From assembly GCA_965217865.1 (NCBI GenBank), contig CBDCJO010000002.1, forward strand, positions 5,664,001 through 5,728,000: a stretch of DNA of 64,000 bases, in the 5' to 3' direction. The number at the start of each line of letters is the position of its first letter. The stretch's first letter is position 1. Of this stretch, positions 38,274 to 48,170 are shown in pieces. The position numbers were made by a program, and so were the translations under genes. Source of the stretch: Candidatus Latescibacterota bacterium (GTDB lineage: Bacteria; Latescibacterota; UBA2968; SICM01). The notes beneath the pieces were generated by a model, which was not told the origin of the DNA, did no database searches, and saw nothing but the letters and a program-made list of their open reading frames with translations.

Positions 38274-39305
38274 TCAATTTCCTCTGCCCCCTTCCCCCTG
38301 ACTTCTGATGCATCGAAATCCGATATCCCCGTCCGTGTTCTCCGGGAAGTTCCCACCCCGGTTCGCCGCCCGCACGAAGAATGAATCGTTCAAATACCCC
38401 CCACCCCGAATAATCCGAATATCCCCTGAGATATCAAACTCTTCTCTGCCATCTGTGCTGCGATAAGGGTATCCCTGGTTCTTAGTGTTCACCCATTCCC
38501 ATACGTTCCCCGACATATCGTGCAAACCGTATGGGGAGACACCATCCGGATAACGTCCGACATCCGTCGTTCGGTCCACGTTTGAGTTGAAGTTCAACCG
38601 CCGGTCGTCCGGCTCTTCGTCCCCCCACGGATAGGTCCCGCCATCCGTCCCTCTGGCTGCCTTCTCCCACTCGGCCTCTGTAGGCAGCTTCTTATCTGCC
38701 CACTCACAATATGCCCTGGCCCCGTACCAGGAAACTTCCACGACCGGCCGGTCGGCAAACTCCGGAGATTTCAACTCGAAACCCTCCCCTGCCTGAGTGA
38801 TCTGAACGTCCTGATCGCCAAGTTCCAGAAGCTGGTTTCCGTTCGCGTCGGTATTCTTTTTGATCTCATTCAAAAATTTGATGTAGTGAGCGTTCGTCAC
38901 CTCGAACTTATCCACATAGAAGCTATCCAGCAACACCTGATGGATCGGCCTCTCATCGTTCTCTCCGCTATCCGACCCCATCGTAAATTCTCCGGAGGGG
39001 ACCAGCAGCATCGTATCACCGGGCGCAGTCACAAGCAGAGAGTCCGTGCCCCCGGAGACTGTTTCGCCGAAGGCCTGCGCAAACATGAAGAAATCCTCGA
39101 GGTCGACCAGGCCGCCGTTGTCCAGATCGTACTTCGCAAGATCAGCCGGCGCCCGCGAACCGAAAACCGCGGCGAACAGGAAGAAGTCTTCGAAATCGAC
39201 CTTTCCGTTCCCGTCGAAGTCGGGACTCCTGGTCTGTGCATGAGAAGGGAATGGACCCAGGACAAATGACACAAGGCTAATAAACAACACGACCCGCTTC
39301 GTCAT
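38274..39305 (-). CDS. secreted FGE-sulfatase (SUMF1)-domain protein with N-terminal dockerin/EF-hand-like repeat
   Basis: Signal peptide; DFDGNGKVDFEDFFLF; F.MGS, EVTN, PVVEVSW, LPTEAEWEKAARG, DMSGNVWEW, GFRC. Confidence 0.9.
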   Translation of the reverse strand: MTKRVVLFISLVSFVLGPFPSHAQTRSPDFDGNGKVDFEDFFLFAAVFGSRAPADLAKYDLDNGGLVDLEDFFMFAQAFGETVSGGTDSLLVTAPGDTMLLVPSGEFTMGSDSGENDERPIHQVLLDSFYVDKFEVTNAHYIKFLNEIKKNTDANGNQLLELGDQDVQITQAGEGFELKSPEFADRPVVEVSWYGARAYCEWADKKLPTEAEWEKAARGTDGGTYPWGDEEPDDRRLNFNSNVDRTTDVGRYPDGVSPYGLHDMSGNVWEWVNTKNQGYPYRSTDGREEFDISGDIRIIRGGGYLNDSFFVRAANRGGNFPENTDGDIGFRCIRSQGEGGRGN

Positions 39306-39445
39306 TTCCGAACCCTTACCCTGTACATACAGATAGCCGCATCTTACAAGACGCGACTTCTTGACCATCCATCCCCAGCGTTTTTTGTCCAGACTTCCAT
39401 TCGTACGCTCTCCGGACAGGGAGCCGACCATTGAACTGCATAGAA

Positions 39446-39474
39446 AATCTAAGGGGGATGACGTCCGATGTCAA
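39446..39474 (-). promoter_or_regulatory. sigma70-type promoter
   Basis: Minus strand TTGACA-17 nt-TAGATT. Confidence 0.6.
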
Positions 39475-39529
39475 GACAATTGGGGCTGATTATAACCAAG
39501 GGAAAAGACTTTGTCTTTTCCCGGGAGAA

Positions 39530-39576
39530 CCTTCACGGAGCCTGCCCTGAGCTTGTCGAATGGGTTCAGGGTGACA
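39530..39576 (-). repeat. REP-like element (CCTGAGC-TTCGACAAGCTCAGG family)
   Basis: Reverse complement TGTCACCCTGAACCCATTCGACAAGCTCAGGGCAGGCTCCGTGAAGG resembles the copies at 56920 and 57134. Confidence 0.7.
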
Positions 39577-39760
39577 TCAAAACCAATCATTTCATCTGGA
39601 CCACCCTCCCATCGAATCCATTTCGTTCAGCTTATGGCCGGTAAGTTTTTGAAAAAGGCCTTTTCGCCTCTGTGTTAAGCCGTTATTTTGTCAATGCCGA
39701 AATAACACGGTTCTCACCCAATGACGATCGGTCTGTAAACAGCGGAGGTAACGGATTGAT

Positions 39761-40180
39761 ATGAAGAGTTATCGTGAAGAGTTGTGGTTCGATGTCCCGG
39801 GGCGGCGGGCATTTTTAAACATCACCCCGCAGGTTGAGGCCTGCTTGCGAAAAAGCAACGTAAAAGAGGGTTTTGCCCTTGTGAATGCGATGCATATCAC
39901 CGCATCGGTGTTCATAAACGACGATGAAACCGGCCTGCACCAGGACTACGAAGATTGGCTGGAAGAGTTAGCCCCCCACGAACCGGTCAACCGCTATCGA
40001 CACAACCTGACAGGGGAGGATAACGGGGATGCACACTTGAAGCGGCAGGTTATGGGGCGGGAGGTGGTCGTAGCGGTTACGGAGGGTCGGTTCGACTTCG
40101 GGCCGTGGGAACAGATCTTTTACGGAGAATTTGACGGACGTCGAAAGAAGCGCGTGTTGGTGAAAATCATCGGGGAGTGA
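39761..40180 (+). CDS. yjbQ: YjbQ/UPF0047 family protein
   Basis: [39 protein letters not shown]. Confidence 0.92.
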   Translation: MKSYREELWFDVPGRRAFLNITPQVEACLRKSNVKEGFALVNAMHITASVFINDDETGLHQDYEDWLEELAPHEPVNRYRHNLTGEDNGDAHLKRQVMGREVVVAVTEGRFDFGPWEQIFYGEFDGRRKKRVLVKIIGE

Positions 40181-40294
40181 ATCGTCTTCCAATGCCCCCT
40201 TTATTTGAGGTTCTATGATCGCATCGGTTAGAAGGTAGAGACTAAGCGGGAGGACAATCGAACCCCTTCAGGGGCGACACCAGAAAGTCGCTGA

Positions 40295-41095
40295 TCAACC
40301 TCCGCCTTTCAGGTGTTTGGTTTTCTCCCCGAGTTCCACGAGGCCCTCCACCATACCCCGGATGCGGGGTCGATCGCTGTCCAGGAGCGCGCCATCCGGA
40401 TGAAATGCCTTCGGAGACCACCGCTGCAGCGAGTTGAGGTGCGCGTCCTGAGTCGGCCGGGCTGCATATTTCAGGGCGATATACCGCCGCCTGCCCGTTT
40501 TCCCGTATACGCTGTGGTATAAACTCTGATTGAACATCAGCATGTCGCCAGGATCGGTCTCCACGGCATAACAAGGCACGTCCGCGCCGTCCATCCCGAA
40601 AAAGGTCGGCTCGTCCTCTACGTGACTGCGCTGAAACGGATCGAGATCTTCGTGCAGCGGCGACCGGTGGGACCCGGGGATCACTCGAAAGGCGCCCCTT
40701 TCCTTCCGCATCGGATCGAGATATAGCATAATCTTGATTCGGGTGTAGTCGAGTTCCTGTTTCCCCTGTCTGTCCGCATGCCAGTGGTGGGCGGTGCGGC
40801 CGGGTTGAAAGCCCCGGTTGCCTTCGGATCCCGACCAGATAAAGTCTTTCCCCAACAACTGTCCTACGGGCTCGTAGATGCGGCTGTCCTCCATAAGCGG
40901 CATCAGCAGGGGATGCTTTTCCACAAAAGGCACCGTATGCATATCCTCTTCTTCCTCGGGCGAGCGCCCCAGTTCTTTCTCCCACGTGTCTTCGGATGCA
41001 CGGGAGATCGTTTCTATCTCCTCCCGCGAGAATGGCTGCTGAAACAGCAGGAATCCGAAAGTCTTGAAACAGGATATCTGCTCTGCTGTTAACAT
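40295..41095 (-). CDS. PhyH-family dioxygenase
   Basis: LT.EQI..FKTFGFL, WHAD, VIPGSH, PGD...F...LYH. Confidence 0.88.
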   Translation of the reverse strand: MLTAEQISCFKTFGFLLFQQPFSREEIETISRASEDTWEKELGRSPEEEEDMHTVPFVEKHPLLMPLMEDSRIYEPVGQLLGKDFIWSGSEGNRGFQPGRTAHHWHADRQGKQELDYTRIKIMLYLDPMRKERGAFRVIPGSHRSPLHEDLDPFQRSHVEDEPTFFGMDGADVPCYAVETDPGDMLMFNQSLYHSVYGKTGRRRYIALKYAARPTQDAHLNSLQRWSPKAFHPDGALLDSDRPRIRGMVEGLVELGEKTKHLKGGG

Positions 41096-41173
41096 GTGAA
41101 TCCCCATTTGCGTATCAGGAGGCTGCGATAGCTGAAACTCAGTTATCGGGCGCCGGTCCCTATCTAACCTCCC

Positions 41174-42904
41174 TCACCCGTCCGTGGGCTCCGAATACTC
41201 GCGCTCCATCCGGTATCCATCCAGGCTTTTGAAAGGAACCGCTTTGTAGTAGTCGTCCCCCTTCCCATTCCACTCCTGCAACTCCGCACGGTGCCCAAGG
41301 TGCTTGACAAAAGCCCACTCGCTCGTGCGGTAGTACCTGTAGTGCGTGTCGAATATCGAGAGCCGGTCGGCCCCTGCCGCGTAATAGTTCATGGAGATCA
41401 ACCTGTATTGCCTTGGGGGCATGCGGCGCGGGTAGATATCTGCGACGACCTCCGTCTTCGTGCCTCTGGTCAGGTCGGCAAACGAACGGATGACCGGCGT
41501 AGCGCCGGTCCCATCGTGCTTCCCTGTTATCTCCATGTGCAGCAGAAGATAGTCCACCAGACCCTCCCGCACCCAGGTGTGAACATCGACGGCGTGCCGT
41601 TCGCAACTCGAGAATGCGGTCTCCCCTTCCGGCTCGCCGGGGTGTGGCACGGAAACAGGAACGGGATAGCAGGTCGGTATATAGCGCCCCTGCGCTTTTC
41701 CGACCTCGTCCAGCGTCGATCTAACCTCCCTCAAGAACTGAGTCAGGAAGTCCGATCTCACCTGCGTGACACGATCGTCACAAGGTGATAAACATCGCAT
41801 ATCTTCGCCGTGTTCCCTCCGGAACCTCTCGCACACAGGTTTTTCGTAGTACACAAAGGGAAATGATCGGTTGAAGGGGATGCAGATCCCATCCACCCCG
41901 TAGTCCTCCACCCACTCCCGAATCAGACGAAGGTGAAACCTTCGTACCCCTTCGAAGGCGAACGAAAGATGACGGATGGGCTCGCCGTCGGAATAGGTGC
42001 ATCGCCACTCAGGGTGGTCAGCAATAAGGTCCCCGCTGTAATTGTGGGGTAGATGGTGGGGGGGTATGGTGGCCCCAAGTAGACGATTCTGCGCGAACAA
42101 CCGCACGCCGCAGGCCCTGGCTGCGCTGACCGCCTCGTCCAGGGGATCCATCCCTCTTTCAACGCACTCGTGCAACCTCGTCGCATAGGCATTGTGCTGG
42201 GGCACGAAATCGCCCACCTTCGATGGGTATAGCGTCTGAGACCCGCTGGCGATCCGGTGCAGGACGATATCGAAGTCGCTGTCCCGAAAGTGCTCGAACG
42301 CCTCCCGGAAGTCTTCTCGAGAAGAGAGGCCCCATTGATGGTAAAAGCCAACCTGGTAGCCGACCATAGTCCGGGTTTTTGGAGATGGTTTCTCAGCCTC
42401 AAAGGCACCTATCCCAACACGATCCATCTCCACAAGTCGAACATAGGTGAGATGCGTGTACAATTCAGCCATGTCTCCGCCTTGCGGCCTGGAGATAATC
42501 ATGTCCTGGCCCGTCAGGTCGGCGCACTTCCATAAGGTCTCAGCAACATCCCACCAGCGCAGGTCTTTCTCGGGGTAGTGCCCGTCTTTCGATGGACGAA
42601 AGTCCTCCTGGCAAAAGTGGGAGAAGGCTGGATCATCGGAGAGCCTTGCCCTAAGGGCACCGCTCCCACGGGGACCCGCAGGCCCACTGTAGAAGATTCC
42701 GAACCTGATCTCATACCAACCCTCGACATTCAGCTTTATCCTCAGGTCCGGAATCGGTACACCCGGCCGTCCGATCAGCATGACCCCTTTACCCTCCTCC
42801 ACTTCATAGTCCACCGCCATCCACGTCCCGGGACGCTCATCGCGTGAAATGGCGTCGGCCGGTTCGAACCGCGTAAGGTCGGATATCAAGATCTGACGCT
42901 CCAC
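41174..42904 (-). CDS. GHL10-like (family 10 glycosyl hydrolase-like) TIM-barrel protein
   Basis: YPSKVG, DPL..AV..A...G, HPEWR, LSFAFEGVR, YGVDG, WVREGLVD. Confidence 0.7.
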   Translation of the reverse strand: MERQILISDLTRFEPADAISRDERPGTWMAVDYEVEEGKGVMLIGRPGVPIPDLRIKLNVEGWYEIRFGIFYSGPAGPRGSGALRARLSDDPAFSHFCQEDFRPSKDGHYPEKDLRWWDVAETLWKCADLTGQDMIISRPQGGDMAELYTHLTYVRLVEMDRVGIGAFEAEKPSPKTRTMVGYQVGFYHQWGLSSREDFREAFEHFRDSDFDIVLHRIASGSQTLYPSKVGDFVPQHNAYATRLHECVERGMDPLDEAVSAARACGVRLFAQNRLLGATIPPHHLPHNYSGDLIADHPEWRCTYSDGEPIRHLSFAFEGVRRFHLRLIREWVEDYGVDGICIPFNRSFPFVYYEKPVCERFRREHGEDMRCLSPCDDRVTQVRSDFLTQFLREVRSTLDEVGKAQGRYIPTCYPVPVSVPHPGEPEGETAFSSCERHAVDVHTWVREGLVDYLLLHMEITGKHDGTGATPVIRSFADLTRGTKTEVVADIYPRRMPPRQYRLISMNYYAAGADRLSIFDTHYRYYRTSEWAFVKHLGHRAELQEWNGKGDDYYKAVPFKSLDGYRMEREYSEPTDG

Positions 42905-43045
42905 TATAATCCTCCAATAAGCGGATTCCGATCCACCGCCTGTTGAAAATCTCCCATTTGAAGCCGGCCCCTACCATACGAAAAATGGTTGTATCTACTT
43001 CCCACCAAGTCTCTTCCATCGATTTTCCCATTCACCAAAGAGTCC

Positions 43046-43074
43046 AATCTACCATTGCATGATGGTGATGTCAA
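43046..43074 (-). promoter_or_regulatory. sigma70-type promoter
   Basis: Minus strand TTGACA-17 nt-TAGATT. Confidence 0.55.
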
Positions 43075-43189
43075 CGGCAGATTTTGGACCGTAGCCTGAC
43101 ATCCTGGGGGAGAACCATGGCCTGTCCTTCTCCGTTTTACTCTTCAAAACGGTCCCAACTCTGTGAAATCGGGCCCCATCCACATTTGC

Positions 43190-43302
43190 TTGAGTCAGAC
43201 ACGTATTTACGGTATATTTCGAAATCTACGAATATATACCCGACATTTCTCTCTGTTGGGGGGTATCTGAGAAGGTCTGGAGATTTGTCAAGAGTTAGGT
43301 GG
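43190..43302 (+). promoter_or_regulatory. putative Pc-like promoter and attI-like core at the head of the cassette array
   Basis: TTGAGT-17 nt-TATATT (43190-43218); GTTAGGTGG at 43294 pairs with CCATCTAAC at 44374. Confidence 0.4.
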
Positions 43303-43350
43303 ATCATGTCTTCGAGCTGAACGTCAATTCGAAAGGAGAGCACACCAAAC

Positions 43351-44331
43351 ATGGATGCTGCCCAGTTACATAAGGACGCGATTGTTTTTGACGGATTGAC
43401 CGTCGCTAAATGGGGACAAGAGGTGTTCGAGGACATGCATCGTGGAGGACTCACGGCAGCGAATTGCACCTGTTCGATTTGGGAAAACTTCCGCGGCTCG
43501 ATGGATAACATCGCGCAGTTCAAACACTGGTTCAATAAATATGACCAGTTTATCATGCAGGTCTATACCACTGAGGACATTCGGCGCGCCAAAGTCGCCG
43601 GCAAGGTTGGCATCTGCCTAGGTTGGCAGAATACCAGCGGCATTGAAGATCGACTTGGCTACCTTGAGCTGTTTCGAGGGCTGGGCGTTGGCATCATGCA
43701 GTTGACCTACAACTCGCAGAATTTCGTGGGATCGGGCTGCTTTGAATCGGATGACGGAGGCCTGTCCGATTTCGGCAAGGAGGTCGTCAGTGAGATGAAT
43801 CGCGTGGGTATTTTGTGCGACCTTTCGCACGTTGGTCCGAACACAAGTCGTGACGTGATCGAACACTCCAAGAAACCGGTGGCCTATTCGCACATCCTGC
43901 CGACAGGCCTCAAAAATCACCCGCGCAACAAGTCGGACGATCAACTCAAGTTCATTGTTGATCACGGTGGGTTCGTCGGCGTAACCATGTTTGCCCCATT
44001 CCTCAACCGCGGTGCTGATTCGACCATCGACGATTTTGTTGAAGCCATCGAATACGTAATCGATCTGGTGGGCGAGGACCGTGTGGGCATTGGCACCGAC
44101 TTTACCCAGGGACACGACTCGGATTTTTTCGACTGGATCACCCGTGACAAGGGCACGGGACGAAAACTCGTCGACATAGGCGACGTCTACAATCCCAAAG
44201 GCATGGAGACCTTGCACGATTATCCGAACCTTACTGGCGCGCTTGTCAGCGCCGGGTGGAGGGAGTCGCGCATCCGCAAAGTCCTGGGAGAAAATTGGCT
44301 GAACCTGCTGAAGGAAGTGTGGGGAAGCTGA
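43351..44331 (+). CDS. membrane dipeptidase (M19) family protein
   Basis: GWQN, IMQLTYN..N..G.GC, GLS.FG, DLSHVG, SH, HPRNK.D, VGIGTDF, LGENW. Confidence 0.92.
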   Translation: MDAAQLHKDAIVFDGLTVAKWGQEVFEDMHRGGLTAANCTCSIWENFRGSMDNIAQFKHWFNKYDQFIMQVYTTEDIRRAKVAGKVGICLGWQNTSGIEDRLGYLELFRGLGVGIMQLTYNSQNFVGSGCFESDDGGLSDFGKEVVSEMNRVGILCDLSHVGPNTSRDVIEHSKKPVAYSHILPTGLKNHPRNKSDDQLKFIVDHGGFVGVTMFAPFLNRGADSTIDDFVEAIEYVIDLVGEDRVGIGTDFTQGHDSDFFDWITRDKGTGRKLVDIGDVYNPKGMETLHDYPNLTGALVSAGWRESRIRKVLGENWLNLLKEVWGS

Positions 44332-44375
44332 AAGTGAGTTAATGTCAGCGCAAACAATCCCACAAGGAATGAGCC

Positions 44376-44423
44376 ATCTAACAACCACATGGTGATCGCT
44401 GTCGCTCACATGTAGTTTAAGCG
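44376..44423 (+). other. degenerate attC-like site
   Basis: R'' ATCTAAC; CATGGTGA/TCACATG pair with one extra base; imperfect R' GTTTAAGC. Confidence 0.5.
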
Positions 44424-44445
44424 TGTGAAGATTTTATCCCACATC

Positions 44446-44548
44446 GTTTAACACCGCAGTGCTATGGGCTTTCGCCCAACCTGCTTCCTTCTCAAGGCGC
44501 AGCTTCGGAGGGTAAGACGCAGGTTCGTGCACTGCGGAATCGTTAAGC
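44446..44548 (+). other. attC-like site
   Basis: GTTTAAC-a-CCGCAGTGC ... GCACTGCGG-aatc-GTTAAGC. Confidence 0.75.
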
Positions 44549-44578
44549 GAAACGGCAGGCTTGAGAGGATTGCAAGCG

Positions 44579-45655
44579 ATGGAACGCATATGGCGGCCAA
44601 ATGACGATTTCAGAGAGCGTTTGAGACCCGAAGACATCTCTGAGATCTGTGCCCGTCACTCAATCGCGGAACCGAGCAAGATAGAACCGGAGAGGAGCGG
44701 GAACGAGAAGGTCATCTACTATCTGGATGATATCTATGCCCTCCAGTTTCTCGCATTCAAGGAAGATGAGGAAGACTATCGACTGCTGCAAGAAGTGCCA
44801 GCTTTTCCGACTCCAAGGGTCATTGCGTGGTGCGATCGCGATTCGTCGCTGGACGCATCGTACCTCATCACTGAAAAATGTCCTGGAAAGCGCCTCGATC
44901 TGCTCTGGCAGGAAGTAGATGAAGTTGACTGTCTGAAGCTCTTGCGGGGTCTTGGGGAGGGAATGGGAAGCTATCACACGGCAGACGGGAGTTCGCTTCT
45001 AACTGTCGCCGACCGTCTTAAGCTATCTGACAGGATCACGGACCATAGGTCGGACCCTCTTTGTCTTCTGAATCGGCAACGGGAGCGAGCGGCGCAGGAG
45101 CTGGACAGAATTTGCCGGATTCTAGAAGGTCTGGAACTCGATGCACGGAGCTTGCTTCCGAAGGCCGAGAGACACCTGGCTCGGGAGCCAGATGAGCCGC
45201 TTTTCCCGCCCGGATTGGCAAGTGAGGAACCCTGGGAAGAGCACTTTATCATGGATAGGACGGAAGATGGTTTCCGTCTCTCAGGATGTGTTGACTTTGG
45301 GCCAATAGAGATCTGTGATGGCGCGTTGGAGATTACGGTTCTCTATGCATCTATTCTGGGTCTGGACCGTCGATACTTCGGTGCATTTCAGGAAGGATAT
45401 GAGACCTGCCGTGTGTTTCCAGGCGAGTGCTGGGAGCGACTCCATCGTCTGGCCGCTGATTACCACGCTTGGGCTCTCTCCTCGTTGACGGGGGGCATTG
45501 AAATCGTGGGTTCATCAGTCCTTTGGCGAGAGAACCCTATTTCAGAATGGATAATGAGCAGAGTCGTTGCTCACTATGAGAGGCTCTGCTCGAAACTCGG
45601 CTTGGGTCCACCAACTGAAGAAGCGAAGTTCAGAGCACAGATCGGTCCCTGGTAA
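44579..45655 (+). CDS. aminoglycoside-phosphotransferase-like (APH fold) protein with atypical catalytic loop
   Basis: PTPRVIA, YLITEKCPGKRL..LW, G.VDFG; HxD replaced by SEEPWEEH. Confidence 0.65.
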   Translation: MERIWRPNDDFRERLRPEDISEICARHSIAEPSKIEPERSGNEKVIYYLDDIYALQFLAFKEDEEDYRLLQEVPAFPTPRVIAWCDRDSSLDASYLITEKCPGKRLDLLWQEVDEVDCLKLLRGLGEGMGSYHTADGSSLLTVADRLKLSDRITDHRSDPLCLLNRQRERAAQELDRICRILEGLELDARSLLPKAERHLAREPDEPLFPPGLASEEPWEEHFIMDRTEDGFRLSGCVDFGPIEICDGALEITVLYASILGLDRRYFGAFQEGYETCRVFPGECWERLHRLAADYHAWALSSLTGGIEIVGSSVLWRENPISEWIMSRVVAHYERLCSKLGLGPPTEEAKFRAQIGPW

Positions 45656-45854
45656 GCCTAAAGCCGCTCCACTTAACACGCGCACCTTACACACAAACGG
45701 TGCTGGATTACCCAACCACCCCACCTACGGCGAATGCCTTTATATCAGCTTCTTCGAAGCTTACTGGAGTAATGCTGAATTTATTCTACCCCAACTGGGA
45801 TATCCCGAGTTTTTTCCGCAGAATCACAAGTTAGAGAGCGCGGGGGGCCAAGCC

Positions 45855-46604
45855 GTGGAGTCACAATATCTTCTGGAAGCGATACTGAAGCGTGAGGGCG
45901 TGCCCACGTTCTCAGAGTATCCATTCAACCTGAACGCAGTCAGGAATCTACAAAGACTGCGATTCCATCCGGCAATGACCTACATTGTTGGCGAAAACGG
46001 GAGCGGGAAGTCCACCTTGCTCGAGGCTATCGCGGTTGCCTTGGGATTCAATCCTGAAGGAGGAACAAGGAACTTCGGGTTCTCGACGAGAAAATCCCAC
46101 TCCAAACTATGGAAGCACATTAGGCTTGCCAAGGGCATCAGGAAACCGGAGGACGGATTCTTTTTTCGAGCGGAAAGCTTCTACAACGTTGCGACGAACA
46201 TAGAGGAGTTGGACCGAGAGCCCGCGCCTGCACCACCAATCATAGAGTCGTACGGTGGCGTCTCTCTCCATGAGCAGTCGCATGGGGAGAGCTTCATGGC
46301 CTTGGCAATGAATCGATTCGGGGGAAAGGGTCTGTACATCCTGGACGAGCCAGAGGCGGCGTTGTCGCCGACCCGTCAAATGACGCTCCTCGCTCGAATG
46401 CACGAATTGATTCAAGACGATTCGCAATTCATCGTTGCGACCCACTCCCCAATTCTCATGGCCTATCCCAACGCAACCCTCTATCTACTTGAGGAAGGCG
46501 GCCTTCGAGAAGTGTCGTATACAGAAACCGAGCATTACGAGGTAACCAAGGACTTTCTCAACAATCATGAATCCATGTTGAGAATTCTGATGGACGGCGA
46601 GTAG
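45855..46604 (+). CDS. AAA/ABC-type ATPase (COG3910-like)
   Basis: GENGSGKSTLLEAIA, FFRAES, SLHEQSHGESF, ILDEPEAALSP, ATHSPIL. Confidence 0.92.
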   Translation: MESQYLLEAILKREGVPTFSEYPFNLNAVRNLQRLRFHPAMTYIVGENGSGKSTLLEAIAVALGFNPEGGTRNFGFSTRKSHSKLWKHIRLAKGIRKPEDGFFFRAESFYNVATNIEELDREPAPAPPIIESYGGVSLHEQSHGESFMALAMNRFGGKGLYILDEPEAALSPTRQMTLLARMHELIQDDSQFIVATHSPILMAYPNATLYLLEEGGLREVSYTETEHYEVTKDFLNNHESMLRILMDGE

Positions 46605-46674
46605 GTCGCACCCTCTACCCCCGTTCAAGAGGGCGCCGAAAAGGCGCCAGGAAATCATTTGAAATGGAGATACC

Positions 46675-47088
46675 ATGGCCATCCTGAAACATGACGATCT
46701 ACCTCTCAATGTGAGCAGGAGCTACGAGACTAGCGGAATAAAAGGCAGGAAGATTGTGACCCGGGAGGCAGGCTCAAAAACCTGCGAAGTCTGGGAACAA
46801 TTTCAAGATTCAGGCGGGCTAATAAACCCCCACTATCATGAGGTAGAGGAAATCATCACTTTACTGAAGGGAACTGTGGAAGTCATGATAGATGGGCAGA
46901 CCACGGAGGTCGAAGCTCCCGTCACTCTATTCATTCCTGAAAAGGTCGTCCATAGCATCAGGAACGTTGGGGACAAGACGACACATGTGTTAGCATTTTT
47001 TCCATGCCTCGATCCCAAAGTCATCTACGTGAAACCGTCGGCTGCCAATGAGTCGATCACTAATGAAAGGAAGCATAACCATGAATGA
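46675..47088 (+). CDS. cupin-domain protein
   Basis: PHYHEVEE, IP..VVHSIRN. Confidence 0.88.
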   Translation: MAILKHDDLPLNVSRSYETSGIKGRKIVTREAGSKTCEVWEQFQDSGGLINPHYHEVEEIITLLKGTVEVMIDGQTTEVEAPVTLFIPEKVVHSIRNVGDKTTHVLAFFPCLDPKVIYVKPSAANESITNERKHNHE

Positions 47089-47866
47089 AATACACACATT
47101 TTTCGAGGAGAACGGCTACTACCTGGCCAAAGGCGTCTTTTCGCCAGATGAGGTGAGCAAGCTTGAAATCGAATTCGATCGGGTTCTGCAACAACTCGGC
47201 GAACGCGACAACACCGACTCATCGAATAGTAACGGTGTCATCAAAAAACTCAATGTGCAGCAGTATTCGGGGCTGTGGATGGCGACCCTGCTTCACGAAA
47301 AGTTCCTCGACATTGTTGAACAACTCATCGGTCCCGACATCGTTCTCAACCATACCACGCTCTTTGAGAAGCGGGCGACAACCGCTCCAACGCCTTTTAA
47401 TATGCACCAGGACTGGAGTTATCTGACAACCCAGATGAACACCATGATCGGGGGAATGATCCATGTCGGGGAAGCCACGGAGGAAATGGGCTGCCTCAGA
47501 GTCTATCCCGGCTCGCACAAAAGTGGCCGGGTGGAGAGTTCTACCGCCCGTGATGCAGAGTTTCACAAACGATTCCCACTTGAAGGCGCCACGGCGATTG
47601 AAGCCGAGCCGGGTGACGTCACCTTCTTCGATTACTTCATCGTACATGGTTCGATGTCCAACCGCTCCGAAAAGCCAAGGAAGGTGGTGATTGCGCGGAT
47701 GTTTTCCGGCAGAGATCAAAAGGAGGACATCTACCAGTTCTGTGAAAATCTGGTGTTGCGCGGATGGAACTACCACACGACCTCCGCCACGGCCAGAAAA
47801 ACAGTTTGGAGACCTGCAAAGGAAACCGGAGAACCCGCTGCCACAGAGAACGCAAAGAAAAGCTGA
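47081..47866 (+). CDS. PhyH-family dioxygenase
   Basis: FFEENGY, MHQD, GCLRVYPGSH, PGDV.FF...VHGS..N.S..PR. Confidence 0.9.
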   Translation: MNEIHTFFEENGYYLAKGVFSPDEVSKLEIEFDRVLQQLGERDNTDSSNSNGVIKKLNVQQYSGLWMATLLHEKFLDIVEQLIGPDIVLNHTTLFEKRATTAPTPFNMHQDWSYLTTQMNTMIGGMIHVGEATEEMGCLRVYPGSHKSGRVESSTARDAEFHKRFPLEGATAIEAEPGDVTFFDYFIVHGSMSNRSEKPRKVVIARMFSGRDQKEDIYQFCENLVLRGWNYHTTSATARKTVWRPAKETGEPAATENAKKS

Positions 47867-48011
47867 CATCATTTTTTCGCGCAGGCCAGGCGAGCTCGAT
47901 CCCATTATGTCTTCCTAATGGATCCCCGCGGGACAGGTTGTCTGGCGGGAATTCTCTGAAACAACTACCTTTTTTTGAGAAGCAGAAAATCCATAAAACC
48001 AAACCAGAGGC

Positions 48012-48113
48012 GTAGGTGGCGCTTACACCCCCTGCGACGGCCCACCGATGGAGATCCTGATGGACCTTGATCACCACTTGCGTGAACGGGGGATTCGCGA
48101 CAAACTTGATTGA
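48012..48113 (+). pseudogene. internal fragment resembling sulfide:quinone oxidoreductase-like flavoproteins
   Basis: VGGAYTPCDGPPMEILMDLDHHLRERGIRDK recalls the C..P.E...LD..LR.RG.RDK motif. Confidence 0.4.
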
Positions 48114-48170
48114 AGAACGTATCTCACGTCGGATAACACCCAATTCGCCTTCCGCTGAATTCTCAGCTTA

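Noticed and set aside
40242-40985. 247-aa Arg/Ala-rich ORF
   Set aside because: Alternate frame of the PhyH gene
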